A DNA stretch of 64,000 nucleotides from Candidatus Nitrospinota bacterium M3_3B_026 (GCA_051418015.1 JBPRGF010000033.1:52298-116297); one strand, 5' to 3'. Numbered from the stretch's first letter, positions 44,631-55,270 are shown. Notes: generated from the letters alone by a model not told the origin. Numbers and translations are program-made.

Positions 44631-47375
44631 ATGAAGCGTGAGAATGGATCGGGGGACGTTTCGGGAGCTTTGTCTTTCCACGAGCCCGGATTGGGGGACG
44701 GGCGAAGCTATCCATCGCCCTTGCGTCTTGTTTTTGTGGTAGTGGCTTCCGTTTTCTTTCTGGAAGCGGTGGTCATGCTTGTCATCAGGTTTTTTCCGTC
44801 CCTGCCCTTCGGGGCGATGGTTCTGGTCGACGCCGTGGCGCTGACCTTCCTGTCCCTTCCTCTCTTCTACTTTTTCGTGTACCGGCCCATGGCCTCCCAG
44901 ATATCGGAGCGGCGGCGCGTGGAGGAGGTATTAAGGGAGCGGGAGGAGAAGAGCCAGAGCCTCCTGGAGCAGATGTCGGACGTTTTCTGGGAAGTGGACT
45001 CCGAGTGCAGGTACGTTGAGGTGACCGGCGCCGTGAGGGGCGTTTTCGGTCTCGATCCCGACGAGGTTGCCGGCAGGGGAGTTTTTGATTTTATCCCGAA
45101 GGACGAAGCGCGCCAGACGCGGGAAAAATGCGAGGCGATAAGATCGTCCCGCCTTCCTCTCCGGGATTTCGAGTACAGGATAGTCAGGAAGAACGGCGCC
45201 ATCGCGAGCCTGCTGGTGAACGCCGTTCCCATAATCGGGCAGGACGGCGCCTTCGCTGGCTACCGGGGGATAATCCGGGACATAACCGACAGAAAGCGGT
45301 CCGAGGAGGCGTTGCGCGTCTCCGAGATGAAATACCGCATCATCGCCGACAACAACTACGACTGGGAGTTCTGGATATCACCCCGTGGTCATTTCCTCCA
45401 CTCCTCGCCCTCGTGCGAGAGAATAACCGGCTACACCGCCAGGGAGTTTGAGGAGAACCAGAACCTCATGGGGCGGATCGTCCACCCCGACGACCAGGAG
45501 ACATTCAGCGAGTACATGAGCCGGGCCATGGAAAGCCGCGGCGGCGAGGAGGCCGAGTTTCGGATAATCAGCCGCGACGGGCGGACGCGAGTGGTCGCCA
45601 GCCTCTGCCAGCCTATACACGACGAAGACGGGCAGTTCCTCGGAGTCCGCGGCAGCAACAGGGACGTCACGGAGAAGAAGAAGACGGAGGCGGAGCTGCG
45701 CGAGTCGGAGCGCAGGTTCCGGGAGATCGTGGAGAACACTCGCCTCGCCGCGGTGATACTGGACCTCAACGGGAACATATTCTATCTCAATGACTACACC
45801 CTGGATCTCGTGGGCTACGAGCGGGGGGAGCTTGTGGGGCGCGACTTTTTCGCCAAGCTTACGGACCCCGCCGAAGGCCGGGAGTTGAAGGCTTTTCTGT
45901 ACAGGGACATGGAGCATGGCAGAGTCCCAAGCCACAACACAGGCCGCCTGACGACCCGCGACGGGGGCAGGCTGGTCATATCCTGGAACAACACCATCCT
46001 GAAGGACGCCCGGGGCAGGGTGATAGGTGTGACGCTCATAGGCGAGGACATAACGGCCCGCCGCCGCGCCGAGGAGGCGCTCAAGCTCGCCCATGATGAG
46101 CTGGAGAGCAGGGTCCGGGAGCGCACGGCGGAGCTCTCCTCCCTGATAGAACAGTCGCCCATGGCCATCGCCGTGCTGGACATGGACGGGTGCCTGGAGC
46201 AGGTGAACAGCGCCTGGAAGGATTTCTACAACACCACCTTCGGCCGGCCGGTTCCTTCCGGCTACCGCGTTTTCGAGGACGCCGCGCTGGAGCGCCACGG
46301 ACTGGCCTCAAAGGTTCGCGATGTCTTTGAAACGGGGAAGGTTTTCGTCAGCGGTCCTCTGTCCGTGGAGCGGGATGACGGCCGGGGCGGCGCCGGGACG
46401 AGGTGGATAGTGACCCGTTTCTCCGGCGTCGCGGGCGAGGACGGGAAGGTTCGCCGCGTCATCAACATGGTCGAAGACATCACGGAGCGGAAAAGCTCCG
46501 AGGAGGCGTTGCGCCTGGTGTCGGAAGGGTCGGCCGCAAAAACGGGGGAGGGCTTTTTCCGCGACTTCGTGAGATCCCTGGCGGCCGCGTTGGGAGTCCG
46601 CTATGTCTTCATCGCCGAGTTGGCGAGGGAGAAGGAGAAGGTCCGGACGATCGCCTTCTGGGAGAACGAGAAGTTCCTCGAGAACCTGGAGTACGACCTT
46701 GACGCGACGCCCTGCGCGAGGGTGTACGAGACCAGGGAGCCGTGCTTTTATCCCAATGACGTGCAGGCGCTTTTCCCCGGGGACAGGATGCTCGTGGAGA
46801 TGGAGGCGGAGAGCTATTACGGAGTCCCCATCCTCAGCTCGTCCGGCGAGGCGCTGGGGCACATCGGCATTCTGGACGACAAGCCTATGGCAGAGAACGA
46901 GGGGGTGGAGTCCATACTCAGGATATTCGCCGCCCGGGCCTGCTCGGAGCTTGTCCGCAAACACGCCGAGGAAGCCCTGCGCGAATCCCACGAGACGATG
47001 GCCGCGGTCATGGACGGCATCGACGCGGCGATCTACGTCGCGGACATGGAGACTTACGAGATACTTTTCGCGAACAGGTATCTGAAGGACGTCTTCGGCG
47101 ATGTGGTGGGAAAGACCTGCTGGAAGGCGCTGCAGAAGGATCAGAATGGCCCGTGCTCGTTCTGCTCGAACGAAAAACTGGTTACAGAAGACGGGGAGCC
47201 GGCGGGGGTCTATGTCTGGGAGTTGCAGAACACGGCCAACGGCCGCTGGTACGAGATCCATGACCGCGCCATCCGGTGGATCGACGGGCGTGTGGCTCGG
47301 ATGGAGGTCGCCACGGATATAACGGAACGCAAAAGGATGGAGGAGGCCTTCAGCCAGCTCAGGCCCGTGACCTGA
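44631..47375 (+). CDS. Membrane-anchored multi-PAS/GAF sensor without output domain
   Basis: 2 TM, PAS/PAC repeats ending DITDRK, DVTEKK, DITARR, DITERK, a GAF, and a last PAS; stops shortly after the final PAC. Confidence 0.85.
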   Translation: MKRENGSGDVSGALSFHEPGLGDGRSYPSPLRLVFVVVASVFFLEAVVMLVIRFFPSLPFGAMVLVDAVALTFLSLPLFYFFVYRPMASQISERRRVEEVLREREEKSQSLLEQMSDVFWEVDSECRYVEVTGAVRGVFGLDPDEVAGRGVFDFIPKDEARQTREKCEAIRSSRLPLRDFEYRIVRKNGAIASLLVNAVPIIGQDGAFAGYRGIIRDITDRKRSEEALRVSEMKYRIIADNNYDWEFWISPRGHFLHSSPSCERITGYTAREFEENQNLMGRIVHPDDQETFSEYMSRAMESRGGEEAEFRIISRDGRTRVVASLCQPIHDEDGQFLGVRGSNRDVTEKKKTEAELRESERRFREIVENTRLAAVILDLNGNIFYLNDYTLDLVGYERGELVGRDFFAKLTDPAEGRELKAFLYRDMEHGRVPSHNTGRLTTRDGGRLVISWNNTILKDARGRVIGVTLIGEDITARRRAEEALKLAHDELESRVRERTAELSSLIEQSPMAIAVLDMDGCLEQVNSAWKDFYNTTFGRPVPSGYRVFEDAALERHGLASKVRDVFETGKVFVSGPLSVERDDGRGGAGTRWIVTRFSGVAGEDGKVRRVINMVEDITERKSSEEALRLVSEGSAAKTGEGFFRDFVRSLAAALGVRYVFIAELAREKEKVRTIAFWENEKFLENLEYDLDATPCARVYETREPCFYPNDVQALFPGDRMLVEMEAESYYGVPILSSSGEALGHIGILDDKPMAENEGVESILRIFAARACSELVRKHAEEALRESHETMAAVMDGIDAAIYVADMETYEILFANRYLKDVFGDVVGKTCWKALQKDQNGPCSFCSNEKLVTEDGEPAGVYVWELQNTANGRWYEIHDRAIRWIDGRVARMEVATDITERKRMEEAFSQLRPVT

Positions 47376-47648
47376 CCGCCGCCGGAAAAAATCGCCATCT
47401 TCTCCAGCCGCCTGCCTCAAAAGTTATAAAAGCCCCCGCTTCCCGGCGTTGCCTTGAGCTTGTCCGGAGCCCCGAAAACGTGATACTCTATTTATATTGC
47501 CTGGAGAGGAGAGTGTAAGCCTTTTCCAACCAATGAGATAGATGCTAAAATAAGACTGTGGCCGCGTTCCGCGTCATAGCGTGGTTCGAGGTTTCCGTCA
47601 CAACCAGATGTTGTATCCGTGTGTTTTTTTGGATGGCTTGCGTGATAT

Positions 47649-49328
47649 ATGTCCAGGCTCATGCTTCAGAGGGAAGGACAGGCAAAGTCGATGATGACAC
47701 CAGGCTCCACGCTGGAAAAGGAGCCGCCGGGAAGGATTGAATCGTCCCCGGGGCCGGGGGAGAGACAAGCCTCGGAAGCCTATTCAGCGAAATCGGGGAA
47801 AGGCGCCGGAGACTTCCCGCCGGATGGCCGGGGGCCGCGGATTTTCCCCCTCAAGACCAAGGGTTACATATTCCTCGGCGTCCTGGTCTGTTACGCGGCT
47901 TTCCTGACCGTCTACGTCCTGGGGCAGAAAGAGATACTTTTCGCCCGGTTCGTGGAGATGGACAAGGCCTACGAGGCCGAATGGGAGCTGCGGCAGGCTG
48001 ACCTCTCCGTTTTCAACAGTCTCATGACCATCTACACCGATATAGACTCGCTCAACACGAGGAACTTTGGGACCAGCCACATCCGCGACAACCTGGAAGT
48101 GATAAAAACCAAGTTCAAGAAGCTGGAGAGCAATTTTCCTGAAGGCGCCGCCTCCTTCACGGCCCTTGGCGCCGGGCTGGACGCGGCGATAAAGGAGCCC
48201 ACCAGGCACAACCTCGCCTCCCTGCGCAAGACCCTGGGGGGCGTCCGGGCGGAGCTGACGAGGCTTGTGATGGAGAGGCAGGATCGGCTGAACGCCCTCG
48301 TGAACGACTACCGCGCCGCCAGCGAAAACGTCACGATGAATATACTGGCGCTGGGCCTCTCCGGTATGGCTCTCACGATGATCTTCGTGGGCCTGTTTTT
48401 CACCCGCCTGACCAACGACCTCAAGACCCTGGAGAGGCGCGCCGGGGAGATAGTGACTGGGGGGAAAAGCGGCCCGGAAAAAAACAGCGTGTCCCGGCGT
48501 TCGGACGAGGTGGGGCAACTGGGGTTTGCGATCGAGCGGATGGCCTCCGCCCTGGAAGAGAGGGAGCGGGAGCTTGAGATAGAGCGCAAGAAGATGTTCC
48601 ACAGGGAGAAGATGGCCGCCATCGGAACGCTGGCCGCCGGGATCGCCCACGAGGTGGGCAACCCCATAGCGGCGATAAGCGCCCTGGTGAACGAGACCCG
48701 CAAGGAGCAGGTGGGGGAAGACTCCAGCATATGCGCCAACTCCGCCTGCAAGGGCAACCTGGATTTCATACTGCACCACACCGAGCGGCTGGCGAACATA
48801 ACCAGGGAGATATCGGCCTTCTCCACCCCCCAGCCGGAGGACCGGCGGCTCCTTGACATAAACGCCATAGCCCGCAACGCAAGCAGCCTGATGAAATACG
48901 ACAAGCGTTTCAGCAGGGTGGATTTGCAGCTCAACCTGGATAGCCAGCTGCCCGCCGTCTATGGCGTGGGCGACCAGCTTTTGCAGGTGATAATGAACCT
49001 GCTTATCAACGCCTCCGACGCCCTGGCGGACGTGAGCGACAGGTCCGGGACCGTGACCCTCTCGACGGAGGTGGAGGACGGCGTGGTGAGGATATCCGTG
49101 ACGGACAACGGCCACGGCATGAGCCAGCATACCATCGACCACGCCTTCGAGGCGTTCTTCACCACCAAGCCGGTTGGCAAGGGGACGGGGCTGGGCCTTT
49201 CCCTGTGCCATTCCATCATAGCGGGCCACGCAGGGACGATGGAGCTGGAGTCCAGCCCCGGCGGGGGGGCGAAGGTGACGGTGGCGCTGCCGGTGAACGG
49301 GTTCAAAGAGGAGGGGGAAGAGGCGTGA
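47649..49328 (+). CDS. HAMP sensor histidine kinase
   Basis: 2 TM, helical periplasmic domain, DEVGQL HAMP, AHEVGNP, DNGHG, FFTTKPVGKGTGLG; start uncertain. Confidence 0.9.
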   Translation: MSRLMLQREGQAKSMMTPGSTLEKEPPGRIESSPGPGERQASEAYSAKSGKGAGDFPPDGRGPRIFPLKTKGYIFLGVLVCYAAFLTVYVLGQKEILFARFVEMDKAYEAEWELRQADLSVFNSLMTIYTDIDSLNTRNFGTSHIRDNLEVIKTKFKKLESNFPEGAASFTALGAGLDAAIKEPTRHNLASLRKTLGGVRAELTRLVMERQDRLNALVNDYRAASENVTMNILALGLSGMALTMIFVGLFFTRLTNDLKTLERRAGEIVTGGKSGPEKNSVSRRSDEVGQLGFAIERMASALEERERELEIERKKMFHREKMAAIGTLAAGIAHEVGNPIAAISALVNETRKEQVGEDSSICANSACKGNLDFILHHTERLANITREISAFSTPQPEDRRLLDINAIARNASSLMKYDKRFSRVDLQLNLDSQLPAVYGVGDQLLQVIMNLLINASDALADVSDRSGTVTLSTEVEDGVVRISVTDNGHGMSQHTIDHAFEAFFTTKPVGKGTGLGLSLCHSIIAGHAGTMELESSPGGGAKVTVALPVNGFKEEGEEA

Positions 49329-49329
49329 G

Positions 49330-50712
49330 ATGACAGTCTCCAACGTTCTTGTTGTGGATGACGAACCTGCCATCCGGCAGGTGCTTGCTTCTTATATACG
49401 AAAAGCCGGGTACACCGTGGACGTGGCCGAGAGCGGGGAAGAGGCGCTTCGCAAGATAGCCGGCGGCGACTTCGACATAGCCGTCTGCGACATCAAGATG
49501 CCAGATGTCGACGGCATCGAGGTGATCCGCAGGGCGCGGGCGCAGAGCCCGGAGACCACGTTCCTGATGATGACGGCCTACGCCTCGGTGAACACCGCCA
49601 TAGAGGCGATGAAGGCGGGGGCTTACGACTACATGATAAAACCGATGCGCGAAGAGGACGTCCTGCACCGTCTGGCCCAGGTGGACAGGATGATCGGGCT
49701 GAGAAACGAGAACCAGGCCCTGCGCAGGATCGTCCTGGGGCAAAGCGAGGGGCAATGCCGCCTGGAGTCCAGGGCCATGAAAGAGGTGGAGAACCTGATA
49801 AACAAGGTGGCCCCCACGGACAATACGGTCCTGATAACCGGGGAGAGCGGCTCCGGCAAGGGCATGGTGGCCCGTGCCATCCACCAGGGCAGCCCCAGGG
49901 CCGGCGCGCCGTTCATACCGGTCAATTGCGGCGCCATCCCGGAAAACCTGCTGGAGAGCGAGTTCTTCGGCCACGTGAAAGGGGCCTTCACTGGCGCCGT
50001 CAAGTCCAAGAAAGGGCTCTTCCTGGAGGCCCACAACGGCACGATATTCCTCGACGAGATAGGGGAGCTGCCGTTGCACCTGCAAGTGAAGCTCCTCCAC
50101 GCCATAGAGGACAAAGAGATAAGGCCCGTCGGCGGCGAGCAGACACGCCACGCGGACGTGCGCATAATCGCGGCCACCAACAGAGACCCCGCCAGGATGG
50201 TGGAGAGAGGGGAGCTGCGCGAGGACCTTTATTTCAGGATAAACGTTTTCCATATACACATTCCCCCGTTGAGGGAGCGCCCGGAGGACATAATGGCCCT
50301 CGTGAAATTTTTCCTGGACAGGGAGACGGCGAAGCTCACGCCAGGCAAAAGCTGCGGCCTGGATCCGGACGCGGAGGAGGCCCTGCTTGGTCATGACTGG
50401 CCCGGCAACGTGCGCGAGCTGGAAAACATCGTAACCAGGGCCTTCACCATGGCCGACGGCGACCGGATAACGATATCCGACCTGCCCCCGAACGTCATGA
50501 GGACGACCTTGAGGCAGGAGCCCGAAAGCGGCGCCGGGGGGCAAGGAAAAAATCTGCGGGAACAGGTGAGGCTGTTCGAGGCGAACCTTATACAGCAGAC
50601 GCTGGATGAGACCGACGGGGACAGGAAACTGGCCGCCCAGAGGCTGGGGATAGGGCTCTCCAGCCTGTACCGCAAGATCGAGGAAATTGAAAAAAGCGGG
50701 TCATTGAATTGA
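49330..50712 (+). CDS. Sigma54-dependent response regulator (NtrC/AtoC family)
   Basis: REC, GESGSGK, GAFTGA, FLDEIGEL, WPGNVREL, C-terminal HTH. Confidence 0.95.
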   Translation: MTVSNVLVVDDEPAIRQVLASYIRKAGYTVDVAESGEEALRKIAGGDFDIAVCDIKMPDVDGIEVIRRARAQSPETTFLMMTAYASVNTAIEAMKAGAYDYMIKPMREEDVLHRLAQVDRMIGLRNENQALRRIVLGQSEGQCRLESRAMKEVENLINKVAPTDNTVLITGESGSGKGMVARAIHQGSPRAGAPFIPVNCGAIPENLLESEFFGHVKGAFTGAVKSKKGLFLEAHNGTIFLDEIGELPLHLQVKLLHAIEDKEIRPVGGEQTRHADVRIIAATNRDPARMVERGELREDLYFRINVFHIHIPPLRERPEDIMALVKFFLDRETAKLTPGKSCGLDPDAEEALLGHDWPGNVRELENIVTRAFTMADGDRITISDLPPNVMRTTLRQEPESGAGGQGKNLREQVRLFEANLIQQTLDETDGDRKLAAQRLGIGLSSLYRKIEEIEKSGSLN

Positions 50713-50731
50713 GAAAAGCCCGGTATGGCGC

Positions 50732-50759
50732 TTGACAACGCGGATAACGGTACTATAAA
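50732..50759 (+). promoter_or_regulatory. Putative sigma70 promoter
   Basis: TTGACA-N16-TATAAA upstream of the Sel1 gene. Confidence 0.55.
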
Positions 50760-50805
50760 TTTCAGCATTTTCCACGCTCCTTTATAAAATTTGCGGATAT
50801 ACGAG

Positions 50806-51387
50806 ATGTCACACGCCTGGATAACGGTGGCCGCGCTCGGCGCCGCGGCGGTCTTTTTTACGCTGCCGGCGCCCTATTCCGCCGCCGGGCCGGAGGAGGA
50901 TTACCAGAAGGGGTTCGAGCTGTACGACGAGAAAGCCGATGTCATCGCCGCCATGGAGTACCTTAAAAAAGCCGCGGACGCGGGACACGCCGGGGCCCAG
51001 GCGCTTTTGGGGTATCTTTACGATTACTCCGAGATGGACGAGGAGGCGGTGAAGATGTACGAGAAAGCCGCCGCCCAGGGAAGCGCGGAGGGCGAATACG
51101 GCCTGGGGACCATGTACGCCAAAGGGGAGGGCGTCGAGCGGGACGAGAAAAAGGCTTTCCACCTGGTAAAGTCCGCGGCGGAAAAGGGCTATTACAGGGC
51201 CGTCCTGAAGATGGTGAGCGTGTACGAAAGCGGTGAGCTGGGCCAGCCCGTGGACCCGGAAAAGAGCGCCTATTGGAAGAAGAAGCACGAAGCCATCCAG
51301 GAGAAGAAGAGGCGGGAGCGGGAGGCGGCCCGCGCGGCGGAGAAGGACGGGGAAGAAAAACAAAACGATGAAAAGAACAGGGAATGA
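50806..51387 (+). CDS. Exported Sel1-repeat protein
   Basis: Signal peptide; KAADAGHAGAQALLG, KAAAQGSAEGEYGLGTMYAKGEGV. Confidence 0.88.
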   Translation: MSHAWITVAALGAAAVFFTLPAPYSAAGPEEDYQKGFELYDEKADVIAAMEYLKKAADAGHAGAQALLGYLYDYSEMDEEAVKMYEKAAAQGSAEGEYGLGTMYAKGEGVERDEKKAFHLVKSAAEKGYYRAVLKMVSVYESGELGQPVDPEKSAYWKKKHEAIQEKKRREREAARAAEKDGEEKQNDEKNRE

Positions 51388-51719
51388 CCGGGAACAGTTG
51401 TAGTAAAATTCAACTTTTGGCCGCTTTGGTTTTCGCTTTTTCGCTTTTCCCGGAGGCGTCATCGGGGCAGACGCGCTCTCTGAAGATCGACGAGGGAAAA
51501 AAGCTCTACGAGCGCCACTGCCTGTCGTGCCATGGAAAAAACGGCGAGCCCAGGATGCCGGGCGCGCCGGACATGAGGCGCGGCGAGGGGCTGCTGAAGC
51601 CGGAGAGGGTGATATTCGACACGATAATGAACGGGAAATTCGCCATGCCGGCCTACAGGGGTATCCTCACGGAGGACGAGGCTTTAAGCGTGATCTCATA
51701 TATCAGGATGTTCTACTGA
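51384..51719 (+). CDS. Class I monoheme cytochrome c (c6/c553-like)
   Basis: Signal peptide, CLSCH, distal Met in AMPAY. Confidence 0.88.
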   Translation: MTGNSCSKIQLLAALVFAFSLFPEASSGQTRSLKIDEGKKLYERHCLSCHGKNGEPRMPGAPDMRRGEGLLKPERVIFDTIMNGKFAMPAYRGILTEDEALSVISYIRMFY

Positions 51720-52786
51720 TGCGGGCCTGGCTCTTCGCCTTGCTGATGACGGGGGCGGCGTCCGCCGCTTTTCCGCCACCCAGCGCGGCGTCAAACGGCG
51801 AATGGGGCGTCAGGGAGACTTTCAAGGTCGGGGAAAACGTATACGTCCGGGCCATCACTGTGGACAAGGACAGAAACTCCATCTGGATAGGCAGCTCCGT
51901 GGGAGTCCTGGAGATAGACCTGGCCAGCCGCTCCATGCTCCACACATTCACAAGGAAAGACGGCCTGGCCAACGAGTACGTCTTCGCCATAGGGGTGGAC
52001 AGAGAGGGATATAAATGGTTCGGCACGAACGCGGGAGGCGCCACAAGGTATAAAGACGGATCGTGGAAAACCTTTTTCCCCATGCACGGCCTGGCCGACT
52101 ACTGGGTCTACAGCTTCACCACGCAGAGGAACGGAACCCTGTGGATCGGCACATGGGCGGGGGCCAACAGGGTGGACCCTGAGACGGGGGAATGGACGAC
52201 GTACCTGGAGGAGCTGGTCAACGAGTGGGTTTACGCCCTGGCGGTGGACTCGAAGGACCGCGTCTGGTTCGGCACGGAAGGCGGGATAAACAGGTTCGAC
52301 GGAGAGAATTGGGCCGTGTGGACGCACGAGGACGGCCTGGGCGCTCCCAACCGGGACGGGCTCAAACGAAGCTCGAACACCGGCCTCGGCACCCGCTCCC
52401 GCCACGACCTCGGCGTCCTGTCCGGAGGCAGGCCCACCTATAACCCGAACTATGTCTTCTCGCTGATAATAGAGCCGGACGACACCGTGTGGGCCGGGAC
52501 ATGGGGCGGTGGCGTCAGCCGCTTCGACGGGAAGAAGTGGACGAACTACACAAAAAGCGACGGGCTGGCGGGAAATATCGTTTACAGTATCGCAAGGGGC
52601 AAGGACGGGGCGTTGTGGTTCGGGACCAATGGGGGGGTTACTAGATACGACGGCAAGACGTGGACAAGCTTCGGCGTCCGCGAAGGGCTGTTCGACAGCG
52701 ACGTTTACGCCCTGGCCGCAGCGCCGGACGGCGATGTGTGGGCCGGGACGAAGCACGGCGTCAGCATCATCGGGGAGACAAAATAG
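51719..52786 (+). CDS. Exported two-component-regulator-type beta-propeller protein
   Basis: ATG overlaps upstream TGA; repeats DGLANEYVFAI..WFGT and DGLAGNIVYSI..WFGT. Confidence 0.85.
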   Translation: MRAWLFALLMTGAASAAFPPPSAASNGEWGVRETFKVGENVYVRAITVDKDRNSIWIGSSVGVLEIDLASRSMLHTFTRKDGLANEYVFAIGVDREGYKWFGTNAGGATRYKDGSWKTFFPMHGLADYWVYSFTTQRNGTLWIGTWAGANRVDPETGEWTTYLEELVNEWVYALAVDSKDRVWFGTEGGINRFDGENWAVWTHEDGLGAPNRDGLKRSSNTGLGTRSRHDLGVLSGGRPTYNPNYVFSLIIEPDDTVWAGTWGGGVSRFDGKKWTNYTKSDGLAGNIVYSIARGKDGALWFGTNGGVTRYDGKTWTSFGVREGLFDSDVYALAAAPDGDVWAGTKHGVSIIGETK

Positions 52787-52801
52787 GAACGGAGAAGCGC
52801 A

Positions 52802-54088
52802 TTGAAGATAGACATTAAATGGGCGGTGGCGGCGGTGGCCATGGTTATCCTGGCGGCGGCCGCCTATACGATAGGCAGAGAACAGGGGCGCGAGGATCGG
52901 GTGTCCGCGCCGGAGGAAGCCGCCGAGCGGACGGCGAAAACCCACCCTTCCCCCGCCGTGGAGCCGGGTAAAAGAAGCCCGGGACAGGCGCATCCGCCGA
53001 TCCAGCGCGGCCGCGAGACCGGCGCGCCTCAAAGGGGCGTCACACCGGCCAGGCCGGGAGATGACTACACCCACTTCCGCGTGGGCAACAGGAACGTCAA
53101 GGACATATACGCCGACGGCCCGCTGGTCTGGGTCGGCTTTTCCGGCGGCGTGATTCGCTACGACACCAGGACAGGGGATTACCGCCTGTTCGACAACCGC
53201 AGCGGGCTCCTTTCGAACGGCGTGTTTCACGTCAGCAAGCTCGGCGACAGGATAGTAGTCGGCACTTACGGCGGCGGGATGTCCCTTTACGACAAGCAGG
53301 CCGACCAGTGGGACAACATAAACATCCCCGACGGGCTTGGCGACCAGTTCGTCTACGATGTTCTGAAAACCTCGTCGGGCGATGTCTGGATAGCCACCTG
53401 GTCCGGCGTCAACAGGGTCCGGGGCGGGCAGCTGCGCAACCGCGGGGCGTGGGATCTTTTCACCGTGGAGAACACCGGCGGCGGCCTGCCCAACGACTGG
53501 GTCTATTGCCTCGGCGAAGGCTCCAACGGTGAGATATGGCTGGGGACCGAAGGCGGGCTGGCGCGGTTCAAGGAAGGCGAGTGGGAGAACTGGCAGCATA
53601 GCGACGGCCTCGGCGCGCCGTATGAGAAAGTCCGCGACGACATAAAGTTCAAGAACGATCCCGGCAGCATGTCGGAGCACCACCGCAGGCAGAAGGAGGA
53701 GCAGGGGCTGGAGGGGGTCGATATAGCCTACAACCCCAACTACATAGTCTCCATGACCGTCGACAGGCGCGACGGCGTCGTCTGGGCCGGAACGTGGGGC
53801 GGAGGCATCGGCAGGTTCGACGGGACGAGCTGGAAAAACTATACCGTGGACGAGGGACTGCCCGGCAATCACATCTTCATGCTGCGCCAGGACGCCGAAG
53901 GCAGAGTATGGGCCGGGACGAACAACGGCCTCGCGCGAATGGACGCCAAGGGCGAGTTCACGGTCTACACCAGGAAAGACGGGCTGTTCAGCGACAACGT
54001 CTTCTCCATGGCCTTCGCCGGCGACGGCTCGGTATGGGTCGGCAGCTTCGGCGGCGTGGCGCGTCTGGCGGAGGGTGTTCTGGAGTAA
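52802..54088 (+). CDS. Membrane-anchored beta-propeller protein
   Basis: N-terminal TM, Pro-rich linker, GLPNDWVY..WLGT and GLPGNHIF..WAGT repeats. Confidence 0.85.
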   Translation: MKIDIKWAVAAVAMVILAAAAYTIGREQGREDRVSAPEEAAERTAKTHPSPAVEPGKRSPGQAHPPIQRGRETGAPQRGVTPARPGDDYTHFRVGNRNVKDIYADGPLVWVGFSGGVIRYDTRTGDYRLFDNRSGLLSNGVFHVSKLGDRIVVGTYGGGMSLYDKQADQWDNINIPDGLGDQFVYDVLKTSSGDVWIATWSGVNRVRGGQLRNRGAWDLFTVENTGGGLPNDWVYCLGEGSNGEIWLGTEGGLARFKEGEWENWQHSDGLGAPYEKVRDDIKFKNDPGSMSEHHRRQKEEQGLEGVDIAYNPNYIVSMTVDRRDGVVWAGTWGGGIGRFDGTSWKNYTVDEGLPGNHIFMLRQDAEGRVWAGTNNGLARMDAKGEFTVYTRKDGLFSDNVFSMAFAGDGSVWVGSFGGVARLAEGVLE

Positions 54089-54268
54089 GCCCGTGGCGCC
54101 GGAGGGCCAAAGGCCGAAGGGGCCCGGCGCGCGCGGGAGGGGGTCTTTTTGAGCCTTCGCGCCGGACAGTGAAAAACGCCATCGCCGTGTTCTTTGCGCC
54201 GGAGGGCGTATGCTATGACTTGCGTTTGCTTTGATCTCCGTCGTGTTCGGCTCCCCTTGCGTCTGCCG

Positions 54269-55270
54269 ATGACGTCGGCGAGGGCGCTTGTCGCCGCGGC
54301 GTTTTTCCTCGCGGCGGCGGCTCCGCCCTTCCAGCCCGCCTCCGCCGCCGCGGCGGATAAACCCGCCTCCCGGGAAGCGGGCGAGAGGCTGGAGGCGCTG
54401 GAGGACAGGATAAGAGAAGATCCGAACGACCTCCAGGCGGTTTTTGAGAAAGCCGTCCTGCTGGCGGGCATGAACAGGATCGAAGAGGCCAAGGCCCTGT
54501 ACGAGGGGCTCATAAGCGATTATCCCAACATCCCCGAGCCATACAACAACCTCGCCGCCCTCTACGCCTCCGAGGGAAGGCTTGTCGAAGCCAGGAACCT
54601 GCTGGAGACTGTCACGAACTCCCATCCCAGCCTCGCCGTCGCCCACGAGAACCTCGGCGACGTCTACGCCGCCCTGGCCGTCGCCGAGTACGGCAAGCTA
54701 AAGGAACTCGGCGAGGAGTCGGAGACATCCAGACGGAAACTGAAGGCCATCCTCGGGGTCGCGGAATATATCACTTTTACGGGGGAGCTGGCAGGAAAGG
54801 TTGAGCCGGAGGGGGAAACCGCGCCACCCGAAGAGGCTGGGGAGTCCACGGAGAAGAAGACAGTGGTGGCGGAGCCCGGCCCGCTTGTGATCGTTCCCTT
54901 CGACCAGACGCCCCCGGAGGAGGATGTGACAATGGTATTGGAAAACTGGGCGAGGGCCTGGACAAAGATGGAGGCGGACCGCTTCCTTTCCTTTTACGGT
55001 GAGGATTACGCGGTCTCCGGCGATACGCCGGAGAACTGGAGGGAAAAGACCCGCCAGAGCATAAAAGGCAGAGAGTGGATCAAGGCGAAGGTCGAGGACA
55101 TAGACATCGAAATGCTCGGGCCGCGCCAGGCGCGCGCCAGCCTTACGCTGAAATTGTCGTCAGACAAGAAGGAGGAGACCGTCGAGAGCAGGAGCCTCAC
55201 CCTCGCCAAGATAAAAGGGCGCTGGGTGATAATAGGGGATGAAAAGGAAGCCGTGGCGGCGGAACAATAA
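54269..55270 (+). CDS. Exported TPR protein with C-terminal NTF2-like domain
   Basis: PEPYNNLAALYA, AHENLGDVY; WARAW...FLSFY...GRWVIIGD; start approximate. Confidence 0.8.
   Translation: MTSARALVAAAFFLAAAAPPFQPASAAAADKPASREAGERLEALEDRIREDPNDLQAVFEKAVLLAGMNRIEEAKALYEGLISDYPNIPEPYNNLAALYASEGRLVEARNLLETVTNSHPSLAVAHENLGDVYAALAVAEYGKLKELGEESETSRRKLKAILGVAEYITFTGELAGKVEPEGETAPPEEAGESTEKKTVVAEPGPLVIVPFDQTPPEEDVTMVLENWARAWTKMEADRFLSFYGEDYAVSGDTPENWREKTRQSIKGREWIKAKVEDIDIEMLGPRQARASLTLKLSSDKKEETVESRSLTLAKIKGRWVIIGDEKEAVAAEQ

Noticed and set aside
54089-54155. GC-rich hairpin after the second beta-propeller as an ncRNA
   Set aside because: Followed by a T-rich tract, so a terminator-like structure is the simpler explanation; no family features recognised.
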